Assembly (NCBI RefSeq): GCF_004010195.1
Contig: NC_057720.1
Location: 6,355,828 to 6,419,114, forward strand
Source: Chiloscyllium plagiosum
Lineage: Eukaryota
DNA length: 63,287 nt
Direction: 5' to 3'
Positions within the stretch are counted from its first letter, which is position 1; each line of letters begins with the position of its first letter. The notes under the pieces are model-generated. The model was not told the DNA's origin. It searched no databases and saw only the letters and a program-made list of their open reading frames with translations. Position numbers and translations under genes: made by a program. Shown here one piece after another: positions 12,125 through 25,462 of the stretch.

Positions 12125-12620
12125 GATGGTGGTCTCATGGCAATGTCACTGGGCTTTAATTCACAGGTGATTGCTCTGCGGATGTGGGTTCAAATCCAAT
12201 TTGAAACTTCCATATCCGCCACAGATTCACCTGCACCTCCACCCACATCATCTACCTGACCTGCTGTGCTGTTCCAGCAATAAAGTTTCAACTTTGATCT
12301 CCAGCATCTGCAGACTCACTTTCTCCTGTTCAAATCCAATCACCATCAGAGCAGCTGGTGGCGTTTCAACTGAAACCCGTGTCAGTAATGGAGAACGTGA
12401 GACTATGGTTGATCATCGGAAAAGTTCAGTTGGCTTCCTACTACCTCCTAGGGAACGGAATCGGTATTGATTGAAAGCTGAAATCACCATCTGACTTCAG
12501 ACCTGCAGCAATGTGATAGACTCTTAACCACATTCTGACAGGGCCCGGTAAGATCCAGAGCAATTAGGGACTGGCAACAAATGCCACATCCCAAGAGGGA
12601 GTAAAGGAAAGGAAAATAAA
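12125..12620 (+). mobile_element. Second-family SINE interrupted by a PLE family A terminus (about 12255-12327)
   Basis: ggttcaaatccaat occurs on both sides of the interruption; tail gcaattagggactggcaacaaatgcc. Confidence 0.55.
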
Positions 12621-14489
12621 TGGAGCTCAGTCTTGGTGGTTTGACCTCTGTTTCCATAGAAACCCATCAGATACCAACTTAACTTCATTGTAAAAGTTCT
12701 CCAATTACATCGAGAGAGTGGTTGCAACCAGGAAAAGTATGTGCTCATCCCTGGGCAGCCTGGTCTGAGGTTAGCGCTGTATCGAAAAACCAGAGGATTG
12801 GCCACGCACTTCCCTCTGCGACCTCCCCCTCCGTCTATCGCTGCTGCATCCACCTGCCACCAGGGTCTTGCTCTCCCACTCTCACTGTTCCCTGTGACAT
12901 CTCCCTCACTCGCTGTTGTTAGCCGTCAGTCTCCCCACTCCATTAACCCTCACTGTACTGCCTACTGACTCCTCACACTTAGAGACACCTCATCACCACC
13001 ACTCCCCACTCCCCTCACCTTCACCATCACTAACGGCTGGGTCACCCAATTTCCCCTCACTCAGGCCCTCCCCTTTCTCTCATTCCTGAAGAGGGCAGAA
13101 AGAGCCAGGATGGGTCAAAGGGTGTCCGATACCAGCCTCCTCACCCCCCCCACCCCCACCATCAGGAGGGTGTTGTGTCCCTTGAATGAGAAAAGGGGAC
13201 CCTCCTGTGGTGCTGCATGTCCCACAAACCCAGTGAATACAACTCCCCAATCCACTGCAGCTCTCACAGTAACCCCACCAGTAATGTCATTCCTTACACA
13301 CCATGTCAAATCACTGCCCGCTCTGCCCTCTCTCTCTCTCTCCCTCTCTTTCTCTCCCTCCCCCCCCCACCGACGCTCAGTAACAGCAGTGTGTACCATC
13401 TACAAGATACACTGCAGGGACTCACCAAGATGTCCCCAGCCCCTGCAGACAAATGGGCCACTCCCTCAGGAGGTACCTCAGAGAATGAGGTGACAGACAC
13501 CCCAGAGGAATCCTCAGCAAAAGCAGCTTCTTGCGCTTGCTGCCAGCTCAGGCCCTGATAGCTCTGTGGGAACATTGGGTTTAGAGAGCGTGGAGCACAA
13601 TCTGGTGAGCACCTCACTGCCACAGCTCCCCAGCCGGCCCAGGGAGACACACTTCAGGCAGCAGGCACTCGGAGGACTGAGGGAGACCAGGCACCTGCTC
13701 AGCCTCAGGGAGGAGAGGCCACCGTGGTGTCAGCGATCGAAGTGAATTACAGGGCAGGAGACGCAGACAGGGATATGGAATGTAATGCCTTCATTGACCA
13801 GGAGCTGCACCACTGTAGTGATGATTTGGGGATCCAGTGAGTCCTAATGTGAATCCATCTGGCTGCATCCATTGCACAGGCTGGTGTCTGTAATGGTAAC
13901 CAAGGTGCAGTACCCTCAGGGGCTGCTGGGTATCTACCCAGACAACTGCCCTCAGTTGGAGGAGGACAAGGCACGCATAAACTCCTTAGAAATCCCTCTC
14001 AGGACACTGCAGAGCTGGCCAGGCCCTATGCCTTCAGTCCTCCTGCCCCTTGTCCCCCCACCCCGTGGTTCAATCAAACGTAGTGTTCACTTGTCTCTGG
14101 ACATGCTCAGAGCCTCAGAGCATGTCCAGGTTAGCCGGATACAAGCACCACCCTCCCATGGGGTCGCCTGGCCAAAGCCCCAGGGGCAGTGGGCTCCTGT
14201 GGTGAACAAGCCCCCTGCATCCCAGTTGGGAGAACAGTCAATTGTGGGGGTACAGGGCCCATGAGCAAGCACACCCAGACCAAATGCCTGATCATGGTCG
14301 ATCCCCAGGCTTTTCTTGTCTGACTGCACTGGGACTCCTTGACTGGCAGGTGCCTCTATGGATTTTGGTGAGGACTACTCCCCTAAGAGTTCAAGATGAG
14401 GCTGGGTTGGGATGTGTGTTTCCCATGTAGCTTCTGGCCCAAGGCCAGGAGTGAGACTGATGTAGCATCGTGCCGGAAATGAATCACAA

Positions 14490-14830
14490 AATCACAGAAT
14501 CACAAATAACACAAGAAGTCCTTTGGCCTATCAAATAATTGCTCTACATTACACTCGCCCTACCTCTCCACTGTAGGCCGATATCCTTGAATGCTATGAA
14601 AGTTCAAGTGCTCATCGAAGTACTTTTTAAAGATTATGGGGTTTCCTGCCTAAACTATCCTCCCAAGCAGTAAATTCCAGGGTTGAGGAATGAAAAGCAT
14701 TTTCCTCAAGTCTCCTCTAAACCTTCTGCTTTTCACTTTAAAATTATGCCCCCTTGTTATTGATTGTATGATAAAGGGGAACAGATGCTCTCTATCTACC
14801 CTATCCATGCCCCTCAATACTTTATACTAT
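14490..14830 (-). mobile_element. CR1 3' end fragment
   Basis: Antisense CR1 C-terminus (ttcctcaagtctcctctaaacctt...tctctatctaccctatccatgcccctca). Confidence 0.75.
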
Positions 14831-15039
14831 ACACCTCTATCAAGAGCTTCCTCAGTCTTCAGAAAGCTTGCATCAAGGACTGGAACTGCACTACAGGATG
14901 CAACGAGTTATTCCCGACATTGAGAAGGTCTCTTTAGACTTCTCATGCAATCATGTCACATTTCTCATCCTTGCTCCTGTTGTTCAGGCCTCTGTTAGAT
15001 TACTCCGACAGTTCATTCATAGTGCCTACAAGTGGCTTA

Positions 15040-15168
15040 TGTCGAAAAGGGTGGTGTTGAAAAAGCACAGCAGGCCAGGCAGCATCTGAGGAGCTGAAGA
15101 ATCGACATTTCGGGCTTATGCCACAATTTTTGACTCTGATCTCCAGCATGTGCCATCCTCACTTTCTC
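15040..15168. mobile_element. Inverted PLE family A terminus pair
   Basis: Minus-strand terminus (gaaaaagcacagcaggccaggcagcatc...tttcgggc) joined to plus-strand end gactctgatctccagcat...ctcactttct. Confidence 0.7.
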
Positions 15169-16207
15169 TGAGAAGTGATATATGTTCATCGCGTTCTCTC
15201 CAAATCAATAGAATTGAATCAAACCCTGTGTCTTATTATCTGGGAGCTTAGAAAACCTGCACTCCCTGATTTGTTTCCTCCATAGTAGCTCATTGATCAA
15301 TTCAGGTTGATTTGCCAACCAATGAGTACCCTTTTCCTGGCAATATAAATTGTGAAGAAACCGCAGTTAGGCGGTAGTGTGGGGGTTATTTAAAAAAAAA
15401 GAGGAAAAAAAAGAAAAAGTAAAAAAAAATTGTGAAGAAATTTGGCATCCTTCAGAAGATGAAAAGCTGTGGCCAGTCTCTGCAGCAAACTCTATATTTA
15501 CATTGCAAATAGTCACGCAAAGATTGTCCAGCTGCTTTTTAATCTCCTTTTCAGTTGTATTACCCTGCATTACCACAGGGACTGTACTTCAAGGTAATTA
15601 TCTGAAGGATATTTTAACAAGACACAGGGCTCTGTGGAAACAAGAATTACATTCAATCATTGCACTAAGACAGAATTGATTTTACATTTAGTAAATTGAG
15701 ATGTTTTTATTAATGCCCATTCTTTGCAGTAAACAACAGAAATATTTGATGGAATTTTAAAACAATTTCCTAAGATTTGTTAAGGAGTGTGAGATTTTCT
15801 GGAAAATTTTCAAATTGACATAATGTTTTTGAATTATCTCACTACTAACATCCAGAGATACAAATGTCAGTCACTCATTATTAATAATTACAACCCAAAT
15901 AATACAATTATTGGATTCCTAAAATGACATTATACCTTTCTATATTTTAACATGCTCAATCTGTCTTGTGAAGTAATCAGGAGGGCCATTAACACATTTT
16001 CCAATTTAACAAGCTTCAAATGAACTGGCCCTAATGTGGTAACATTTCCTTACTGTGCTCAATGATAGAGCAATCCCCTGGCATTGACTCTCAATTTTAT
16101 GATTAGTGATTTAATGTGGTCAGTTTGGTTCAGATGGCAGTACTCCCATTTCCAATTCTGCACTTGAGATCTGAAGCCCAACTTTAAAATTTGAGTACAT
16201 ATTCAAA

Positions 16208-16286
16208 GTTAAAAATCAGGCAACACCACGTTACAGTCCAACACGGTTATTTGGATGTATAAGCTTTCGGAGCGCTGCTCCTTCAA
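16208..16286 (-). mobile_element. PLE family C terminus fragment
   Basis: Matches 25040-25156; retains GGAG-CAGCG-CTCC GAAAG CTT but the CUGAUGA core is truncated. Confidence 0.7.
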
Positions 16287-16304
16287 AGTGGGACCTTCAG
16301 TAGA

Positions 16305-17445
16305 GAACGTGCCCCTATCTGCATCAATGGAGTGGAGGTTGAGAGAGTTGAGAGTGTCAAGTTCTTCGGAGTGACAATAACCAACAACCAGTCCTGGACT
16401 TCCCAGGTAGATGCAACAGTCAAGAAGGCACAATAATGTCTCTTCTTCCTCAGGTAGCTTAGAAAATTCAGCATGCCCATAAGGACCCTCACCAAATTCT
16501 ACAGATGCACCATTGAGAGCGCACTGTCCGGGTGCATAATGGCCTGATGCAGTAACTGCTCTGCTCAGGACCATAAGAAACGTCAGAAGGTTGTGCACAC
16601 AGCCCAGACCATCACGGAAGCCAACCTCCCATCCACGGGCTCCTTTTACAATTTTCATTGTCATGGAAAGGCTCCCAACATCATCAAACACCCCTCCCAC
16701 CCGTTAACTCTCTCCTACAACCTCCGCCATCAGGTAGAAGATACAGAAGCTTAAACACATGCACCAACAGGTTGAAGAACACTTTCTTTCCTGCCGTTAT
16801 TAGAGTGATGAATGTTCTCTCTAATTTCAAAGAATGTTGATCTTTGATTAGATTAGATTACTTACAGTGTGGAAACAGGTCCTTCAGCCCAACAAGTCCA
16901 CACCAACCCTCTGAAGTGCAACCCACTCAGACCCATTCCCCTACATTTACCCCTTCACCTAACACTACGGACAATTTAGCATGGCCAATTCACCTAACTA
17001 AGAAGGGCTTATGCCCGAAACGTCGATTCTCCTGTTCCCTGGATGCTGCCTGACCTGCTGCGCTTTTCCAGCAACACATTTTCAGCAATTCACCTAACCT
17101 GCACATCTTTGGACTGTGGGAGGAAACCGGAGCACCCGGAGGAAACCCACGCAGACACGGGGAGAATGTGCAAACTCCACACAGTCGCCTGAGGTGGGAA
17201 TTGAACCTGGGTCTCTGGCGCTGTGAGGCAGCCGTGCTAACCACTGTGCCGCCCACTTGTTAATGTTGATCGTGCTTTGTGCCCCTCCTGTGTAGTGTAA
17301 CCTGAACAACTCACTCTGTTCAAGCCCTCAATCTTCTTTGTGGCCTTGTTTGCTATGATCTGCCTGTACTGCTCACAAAACTAAGCTTTTTACTGTATTT
17401 AGGTACATGTGACTACAATAAATCATTAGTAATTACTAATCAAAT
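16305..17445 (+). mobile_element. Rex1/Babar-clade LINE 3' fragment, split by an HE1 SINE
   Basis: Decayed frame INGVEVERVESVKFFGVTI...FYRCTIES...PSGRRYRSLNTCTNRLKNTFFPAVIR; tail gtacatgtgactacaataaatca. Confidence 0.8.
16846..17255 (-). mobile_element. HE1 V-SINE containing a PLE family A insert
   Basis: Full antisense head, V-domain and tail. Insert 16999-17085 is bounded by the 13-bp TSD caattcacctaac (16986-16998, 17086-17098). Confidence 0.9.
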
Positions 17446-19502
17446 AATTAGTAATGAGTTGAAAAGTTGTGGGAAGTTGGCAGGAAAGTGGAGTTGAGGC
17501 TGAGAGGAGATCATCCAGGATGGAATTGAATGGCTGAGCAGACGTGGGGAGCTGAGTGGCCTACCCCTGCTCTTAGTTCTTATGTTCCTCTAGGTGAAAC
17601 ATTGAACCAAGGCCTCAGCTGCTTATTCCGTGAATTCCTTGCCACTATTAACTAAAGACTGTCATGTCCTGCTCTACGTCTCTCCTGTGCAATAGAACTT
17701 CCATAGGCCAGATTAGACTGACCATTCATCTAGCACCTGCTGCTGGGATATATGACAGGAGGATTATTAATGCAGGCTCTTGCTACACAATAACAGCTGC
17801 AGAGCTCCAACCTGTCATTTAGCATACTATATGTCAAATACATGGTCAGTGCAGTGTAATTGGACATAAATAGGCCAATATTCATGCTGTAAATAATCTT
17901 AACATGAACAGGGAGAGAACGTACAGTGAAGCATGTAATGAAGCAGGAGTGAAACATTATTGGACAGCCCGTTCAGTAATGTGTATATCTAAGTGTAACT
18001 AAAGATTGCTACAGTCCTAAAGAGACTGAGTGACCTTTTTCTTGGATAAGGACAAACTCAGATGGTTAGGAACAAAGAATTGAAGCAGCCCTATAAAACA
18101 CAGTGGTCTCTAAGAGTGCAAATGCAGACATCCAACACACAGGGAATCAAGAAATGATGGAATTCATAAAGGGATGGCCAGCCCAAGGCATGGTGATCGC
18201 AGAAACAAAACAGAAATTGCTGGAAAAACTCAGCACCTTTCCTCAGAATACAGTGCACTCTTAAAGTAGGCTAACAACCATATTCTCTTCCTCCCCAAGA
18301 AGGAGAATTGTAAGTTTTGAATTCAAAAGATATTTATTCTTGATCCAATGTTCTTTCAATCCAGTACAGTGCCGTTTTGAAGAATAGTTGATGTGTAATT
18401 TAGGAAATGCAGTGCCAGATGGGGTAGTTTTGTCAGTGGAATTCTACTTAGTGTTGACTGAGATGTTTAACGCGGAACTACATAAATTCAAGTCACCACC
18501 TTTAACTTCTCTCAATGCTAATTTTTAGTGAGATCCATAAATGTACTTCCATCTGTAATAATTAGTTGTAGCAGTTTAGGGCACATGTTACACACAGCTA
18601 CTTAGTGAGCATGAATTATTGAGATACAATGATTATACCTGGAGTTTTACAATGTGGGGATAATCAATTACAGAATTGACATTGATTTCACTGTGAATTA
18701 TTGATTCCTCCAGTTGTGTCTTTCCATTATATTGGTCACCTCGGATTTAATTTGCTTTATATCGATGTCAAAATGCTACAAATTAAAATAAAATGCATAA
18801 CAATTTCTAAATGGGCTTGATATCTGATTTAAAAGTTTTTATCTTTGTTTACAAGTCTCTCCATGGTCTTGCTCTTTCCCAACTCTGCAATGTTCTCCTT
18901 ATAGTCCTCTGGAACTCTCTCCCACAAACCACAGTGAATGCAAGATCGGTTGTTAATTTTAAATCTGAGATTGATGTATTTCTGTTAAGCAAAAGTATTA
19001 AAGGGTATGGGGCCAAAGGCAGGAATGTGGAGTTTGATCACAGATCTACCACAATCCCATTGAATCACAGAACAGCCTTGCAGGGCTGAATGATCGCTTC
19101 CTGTTCCTACGTTTCTTTGACATCTCTGCACATTTCCAATTCCAATTCCATCTCAGTCACGATTGGCTCTTTGTCCTCTACTAGCTATCTTTTGTGGCTT
19201 ATGATCCTAAACTCTGGAATTCCTTCCCTTGGCTGTTCTGCCACTGCTATTCCACCCCCCCCCCCCCCCCCCCTCTCTGTGTCGCTGTCTGCCGTAAAGA
19301 AGTCAATTAAAATCTCCCTTGTTGAGTTAAATATTCTGTCAATTGTAGCTCAGAATCACAGGCAAATAGAACCAGGAAGAGACCATTCAGCCCCTTGAAC
19401 CTGTTCTGTCATTCAGTGAGATCATGGCTGGTCTGCAGCCTACCTCCATATCTCTTAATCCCTTTGTTTATGAAGTTATCCACCTTGTGACATTAGGCTA
19501 AT

Positions 19503-19625
19503 GTGAGGAATACAGATGCTGGAGATTGGAGTCGAGAGTGTGTTGCTGGAAAAGCACAGCAGGTCAGGCAGCATCCGAGGAGCAGGGAAATCGACATTTT
19601 GGACAAAAGCCCTTCATCAGGATTC
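19503..19625 (-). mobile_element. Short PLE family A element
   Basis: Antisense terminus with a decayed hammerhead (CTGATGA AGGGC TTTT GTCC AAAAT GTC). Confidence 0.75.
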
Positions 19626-20265
19626 CTGTTGCATCCACACATTTACCACTCTCTCAGCCTAACCCGCTGTCAGTCACTCAGCATATGCCTCCCCAGTACT
19701 CAGCTGGATGAACTCTCTGCTCAATAAGGACACATGGTTGTGTCTGAGTGGGATCCAGGCGGCTATTAATTGCTGTGTTTGTGCGTTGTAAACTATGCTC
19801 ACGGAAGCTTATAATGGTCTACAACAGATTCCTGGAATCAAGTGCCAACCTCTCTATTACTGAGGATTTCTTTTTAATATGCATCATTTATTGTTATACA
19901 TGCTTTCTTCAAAATGAAATTTGGAGTAATGCCACATTCACTGGAGACTCATGAAGTTAATATGCCTTCATCGCTGCAGACAAGTGTTTTCTTTACATAC
20001 GTTAAGACTTGGGAAGATCTGTAACTTGCAAAATGAATGTTTACTGAGATTTATACTGCAGATGCATGAACCTGTTAGGCCACCACTCAACAGTTAGGTG
20101 CTGTCAGTATTTGGTTGCATCTTTGTGGATTTTAACACACAAAATCTGGGTTACTAGTCTATAAGGGATGATTAAATTGAAGCACGTAGCAACTTTAAAA
20201 TTAGTACCACTGGAAAAAAGACACATTTTGTCAAACCTGTTTGTCTTTCACTTACCAAGACGATT

Positions 20266-20400
20266 TCCTCATTCCTGAAGAAGGGCTAATGCCCGAAACG
20301 TCGATTCTCCTGTTCCCTAGATGCTGCCTGACCTGCTGCGCTTTTCCAGCAACACATTTCCATCTCTGATCTCCAGCATCTGCAGACCTCACTTTCTCCT
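20266..20400 (+). mobile_element. Short PLE family A element with intact hammerhead core at 20271-20306
   Basis: ATTC CTGAAGA A GGGC-TAAT-GCCC GAAAC GTC GATT, then the family body to ctcactttctcct. Confidence 0.8.
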
Positions 20401-20502
20401 CAAAGATTTCCAAGAATACCATGGTGAAGGGACCAACAATTTTAATGTCATATGAAAAGTATGTGCTGATTGGTTAGCAAATGGACTTTGATTGGTACAG
20501 GC

Positions 20503-20676
20503 AAAAGTGAGGACTGCAGATGCTGGAAATTAGATTCTAGATTAGAGTGGTGCTGGAAAAGCTTATGCCCAAAACATCGATTTTCCTGCTCCTCGGATGC
20601 TGCCTGACCTGCTGTGCTTTTCCAGCACCACACTCTCAACTCTGATCTCCAACATCTGCAGTTCTCACTGTCTCCC
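20503..20676. mobile_element. Inverted PLE family A terminus pair
   Basis: Minus end aagtgaggactgcagatgctgg...gctggaaaa joined to a plus copy that starts inside stem II. Confidence 0.75.
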
Positions 20677-21519
20677 TCTAATTGAAGGTTGATCTAATTG
20701 AAGCCCTCGCCCCCACATTCGGACCAGCTTCTGATAACTTTTCGGTTCTGCAATCTGATTGAATAGCAGGACATGTTTGAGGGACTCTGCTCAATTCAAT
20801 TCATTGATCATTCTTGAGGTTTTGTTGAGGAAAATGCCCAACCATTGAGCCTCTGCATGGATATGGAGAAAGGCAGTGGATCCACCCCATTTTGCAAACA
20901 TTTAAAAGAAAAACAGCAACATTTATCAACTGATCCCACTTCAGCCCCTAACAAACAGCAGATCGATAAGGATGCAAATGTCCTATCACATTGAGGTAGC
21001 CTCCAGCTCATGGCATGGATCGGGTTTGGAAATCCTTGCATTCCTCTGCTTGGACGTGGCTCACAGCGCACGAACACTGTGACTGCAGGGAACATGGAGA
21101 TCCAATCTCACTTCTCATTTCTATTACAATATTATTTTGAGACTTCTACTGGTGCTTTCAGGCTCACTTGCCACCTCCCTCTAGGGGTGGTGCTATAAGT
21201 TTACATACATATTTTGATTGCCAATCTGGATATTACAACTGATGAAGGAAATGCAAACCATCAGGAAACTGTGTCTGAGAAAGGGACTGAATTGCAAACA
21301 AACTCTTTCTGTAAAATTGTACCCATCCAAAACTCTGCTGTTTAGATAGTATCTCACAGTAAGCCCTGATCATGTCTCATCCCTCTGTGCACTGTTCTGC
21401 ATTGGCTCCCAACCTAGCAACATCTCTCTTCTCAAATGTTCATCTTTGTGTTCAATCACCCCTCTTTGTCTCTGTAACTGAGCTGCTTCAGATCAATGCA
21501 CAACCAGAATATCATCTCA

Positions 21520-21990
21520 TTAAGTGGACACCGTGTTTGGGGAGACTGTTTTATGAAGAATGGTTGAGTAGGTTGGGCCTGTACTCATTGAAATAGAGAG
21601 TAATGAGAGGAGATCTTATTGAAACATATAAAAGTCTTCAGGGATTTGACAGGACAAATACAGAGAAGTTGTTTCCCCTTGTGGGAAAGTCTAGGGCTAT
21701 AGGGCACTATCTGAGGAGAAGGAGTTGCCCACTTATGACAGAGAGAAAAAGGAATTTCTTCCCTAAGAGGGATCAGACTCTGTGGAATTATTTACCTCAG
21801 AGGTCTGTCAAGGCTGGGTCATTCAGTATATTCAAGGCTGAGATGGACAGATTTTTAATCAGTAAGGGAATCAGGGTTACAGGGAAAAGGCAGGAAAGTG
21901 GAGTTGAGATCAGACACAATCTCATTGAATTGCAGAGCAAACTCCATAAGTTGAATGTCCTACTTATGCTCCCACGTCTTACAGTCTAAC
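21520..21990 (+). mobile_element. CR1-group 3' end
   Basis: YEEWLSRLGLYSL / MRGDLIETYK...RNFF...LWNYLP. Confidence 0.8.
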
Positions 21991-23354
21991 ATATGCTTGT
22001 CCAATTCTGCAGCATCCAACTTTAGGTGCTGTGTCATTGGTGGACGTGCAATAAGCTGGCTGACTCACAGTTTTGAATTCCCTCTCTAATCCTCTCCAAC
22101 TCCATATTTTTCTCTCCTTTAAAAAGTTTGCTTAAAACCTCCTTTGCCATTCCCTAGAGTTTAATAGAAGCTGATTGAAATGTGTACAATTCCAACTGAG
22201 GATTGGTCCCCTGGGTGGAGGACTTATCAAAGATCACTGCACTTTTAACTTATTCCTTTATTTTCCTTGTTTAAGCTACGAAAGATTTTAATGTAAACTA
22301 TTACCTATTTCTTTTTTTCTCTGCTATTCAATGAAATTATACTTAACCTTTTAACTCTCATTTCTCTTACAACTTAAGCTCAGTTTTTTTTGTTCCTAAG
22401 CTCTGTTTGTACCTCGGTACCTTTTTACTTAAGATGGCTAAGGTGGCACTGCATGTGGCGACATTAGGCACTTTTCACTGTACCCCTGTACTTCTAAAAT
22501 CTAAAACATAAATTACAGGTTGTGCACATTGTGTATAAAGTGTCCAATGTATTTTTCATCTTTCTTTTCAATCTATTGAGTGTAGTGTCACGTTATTTAT
22601 AGTTGGACCATTGACAGCTTCCTGTTGCTGTCAATAATTGGCATCTGTGTAAAAGTGTTGCCCTCAAAAGTTTAATGTGGTCACTAAATATGTATGAAAT
22701 CGAATTAAGATCTGGAGATAAACAACACTGACTACTGAAGGCCCTGAATAGCAGGAGGTAGAGATTCCTCTGTCTTATTCATGAAACAAAATGCTTTCAC
22801 TTTAAATGATTTCCAAAATGCACATCTAAAGGCACACATTAGGTAACACAAGCTTTGTGAAACAGCAGGGAACTGTAAATACATTTTGTCGACAAAAGTA
22901 ACAGCTGACAAAGAGAAAGAATTGCCTGATTATGCAGGTGTTGATACACCAAGGTAATTACAATTGGAGTCAATTTTTCAATTGCATCTTGCTCTGTTGG
23001 GTGACACATATTCGAAATAAAAAGTTTCAGGTGCGGTGCAAAAAAATGAACAAAGATCAGCAACTGGATAATTTGCCACAAGTGAGAAACTAAGGTTTGG
23101 TTTAAAATTGCATCCACCAGTACAGCTTCAGCAGGTGTTCTGGCTGGGCTTTAAAGGATCTGTTTAAAGGCATTGATTGTAAAACTCAAATACAGCTTCC
23201 AAGTGATGTGTCAGAATATTCGTGGGTTAGCTACATTGCCAGCGATGACAGGAGGAGGGTGTTTGAGGTGGGGTGGTGGTAAGAATGAGGGACTCTCTGC
23301 AATATGGAACAGTTGAGTTGAATGAGGAAGTTGCATTTAAAGGGGATTGAGAGA

Positions 23355-23655
23355 ATTAGATTTGAGTAGATTCCCTGCAGTGGGGAAACAGGCCCCCCCA
23401 GCCCAACAAGTCCACACCGACCCTCTGAAGAGTAACCCACCAATGCACCCAACAACTATGGACAATTTATCACGGTCAATTCACCTGACCTGCACATCTT
23501 TAGACTGTGGGAGGAAACCAGAGCACCCAGAGGAAACCCACATAGACATGGGGAGAATGTGCAAACTCCACACAGACAGTCACCCAAGGCTGGAATCGAA
23601 CCTGGGACCCTGGCGCTGTGAGGCAGCAGTGCTGACCACTGAGCCACCGTGCCAC
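23355..23655 (-). mobile_element. HE1 V-SINE
   Basis: Antisense A/B boxes, V-domain and tail. Confidence 0.88.
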
Positions 23656-25039
23656 CCTGAATTGTACAAGGAAGATAGGAATAGAAGTGGGTGAGATGAA
23701 GAGAGTGAGCAGAGGCTCATTTTAGAGCAAAAATGCTAACATACAAACATACCGATATAGAAATTAACAGGAATAAGCCCATGATGGGGAACCCTGATGC
23801 ATCAAAGATAGAGCTGAAACATCTGCAATAACCTCCAACCACACGTTTCAGGTGGATGATCCACCTTAACCTTCTCCAGTGGTTTCCAGCAACAGAGATG
23901 CTAATCTTCAGTCAATTAAATTCAATCCACATGATACCAAGAAATGATTGGAAACATTGGATATTGTAGAGGCTATGGGCCCTGACAACATTCAAGCAGT
24001 GGGATTAGTTTAGTTTGGGAAAGTTGGTTGGGATGGATGGGTTTGATAGAATGATCTGTTTCTGTGCTGTATGACTCTGACTCAATGACCCTGGCAGAGA
24101 ACAAACTAGGCATCACTGAGTATTAATGTGCTCCAGAACTTGTTGCTCCCTTAACCAAGCTTTTCTAGTACAATTACAACACTGACATCTACCCAACATA
24201 TTACCCAAATATGTCCTGTGAAGAAAAAGCAGGATATATCCAACCTGACCAATGACCGCCCCATCAGTCTATTCCCAATCATCATTAAAGTAACCTTGTT
24301 CATCCCAGTTCAACACTGGCACCTCCACGTCATCAGTAAATGATGGAAGGGGTCATCAACAGTGCTATCAAGCAGCACCTGCTCAGCAACAATCTGCTCA
24401 GTGACACCCAGTTTATTCTCTGCCAGGGTCATCGAATCAGAGTCATATAGCACAGAAACAGATCCTTCAGTCCAACTCGTTCATGCTGACCAATTCTCCC
24501 AAACTAAGCTAATCCCAGTTGCCTGTGGTTGGCCCTTATTCCTCAAGTCTTTCCTATTCATGAACCAATCCAAACGTCCTTTAAATGTTTAACTGTAGCT
24601 GCATTCACCACTTTTCCTGGCAGTTCATTCCACCTATGAATCACCCTCTGTGTGAAAAAAATTGCTCCTCTGGTTCCTTTCAAATCTTTCTCCTCTCACC
24701 TTAAAAGTATGCTCCCTAGAGAAAAGACCTTTGCCAGTCACCTTATCTATGCCCCTTGCGAGTTAACCTTCCCAGTCCCAGAATGGATCTTCTGTGATCC
24801 AAAGATGAGTCATACTGGATTCGAAACATTAACTCTGCTTCACTCTCCACAGACACTGCCAGACCTGCTGAGCTCCTGCAACACGTTCTGTTTTTTATTT
24901 CAGATCTCCAACATCTCCAATACACTGCTTCCATTACGATAATGTTAAACTTGGAGTTCCAGTGACAACATCCTTCAGAGAGATCAAGGTCCAAAGCTGA
25001 CCAGATGCTGGGAAACTGAACCAAAAATTCGAATGATTC

Positions 25040-25230
25040 GGAGATGCCGGTGTTGGACTGGGGTGTACAAAGTTAAAAATCACACAACACCAGGTTATAG
25101 TCCAACAGGTTTAATTGGAAGCACGAGCTTTCGGAGAGACACTCCTTCATCAGGTGATTGTGCAGGGCTCGATCATAACACAGAATTTATAGCAAAAATT
25201 TGCAGTGTGATGTAACTGAAATTATACATT
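25040..25230 (-). mobile_element. PLE family C terminus
   Basis: Minus strand: hammerhead followed by aaacctgttggactataacctggtgttgtgtgatttttaactttgtacaccccagtccaacaccggcatctcc. Confidence 0.75.
25122..25156 (-). ncRNA. Minimal hammerhead ribozyme motif (family C), all stems intact
   Basis: CAC CTGATGA A GGAG-TGTCT-CTCC GAAAG CTC GTG: stem I CAC/GUG, stem II GGAG/CUCC, palindromic AGCU stem III, CUC triplet. Confidence 0.8.
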
Positions 25231-25243
25231 GAAATTCTAAATG

Positions 25244-25462
25244 CAGGTCATTCTTCTATGAGGCAATGCTTGCGTTCTTGTGCAACCCTGTGTTATAGAA
25301 AAATCACAGTTTAGAAATGGCGCTTAAAGTGTTAGCGATGTAGTTTCATTACAGCCAACACACATTTTAAAAGTTCACACATTAGAAACAGTGTCCCCAA
25401 ATCATCAATCGCGGTGACAGCGAATTCGCGTTAATGAAACGCATGTTGTAGCAAACGACCTG
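25244..25462. mobile_element. Tigger/pogo-like MITE
   Basis: Imperfect TIRs caggtcattcttctat / gtagcaaacgacctg; flanked by tg on both sides (possibly decayed TA TSD); non-coding. Confidence 0.65.

Noticed and set aside
16120..17680. Fragments of a DeuSINE/SacSINE1-like element (also near 37845-38015 and 60480-60560)
   Set aside because: Resemblance is from recall and too degraded and fragmented to assign boundaries without an alignment.
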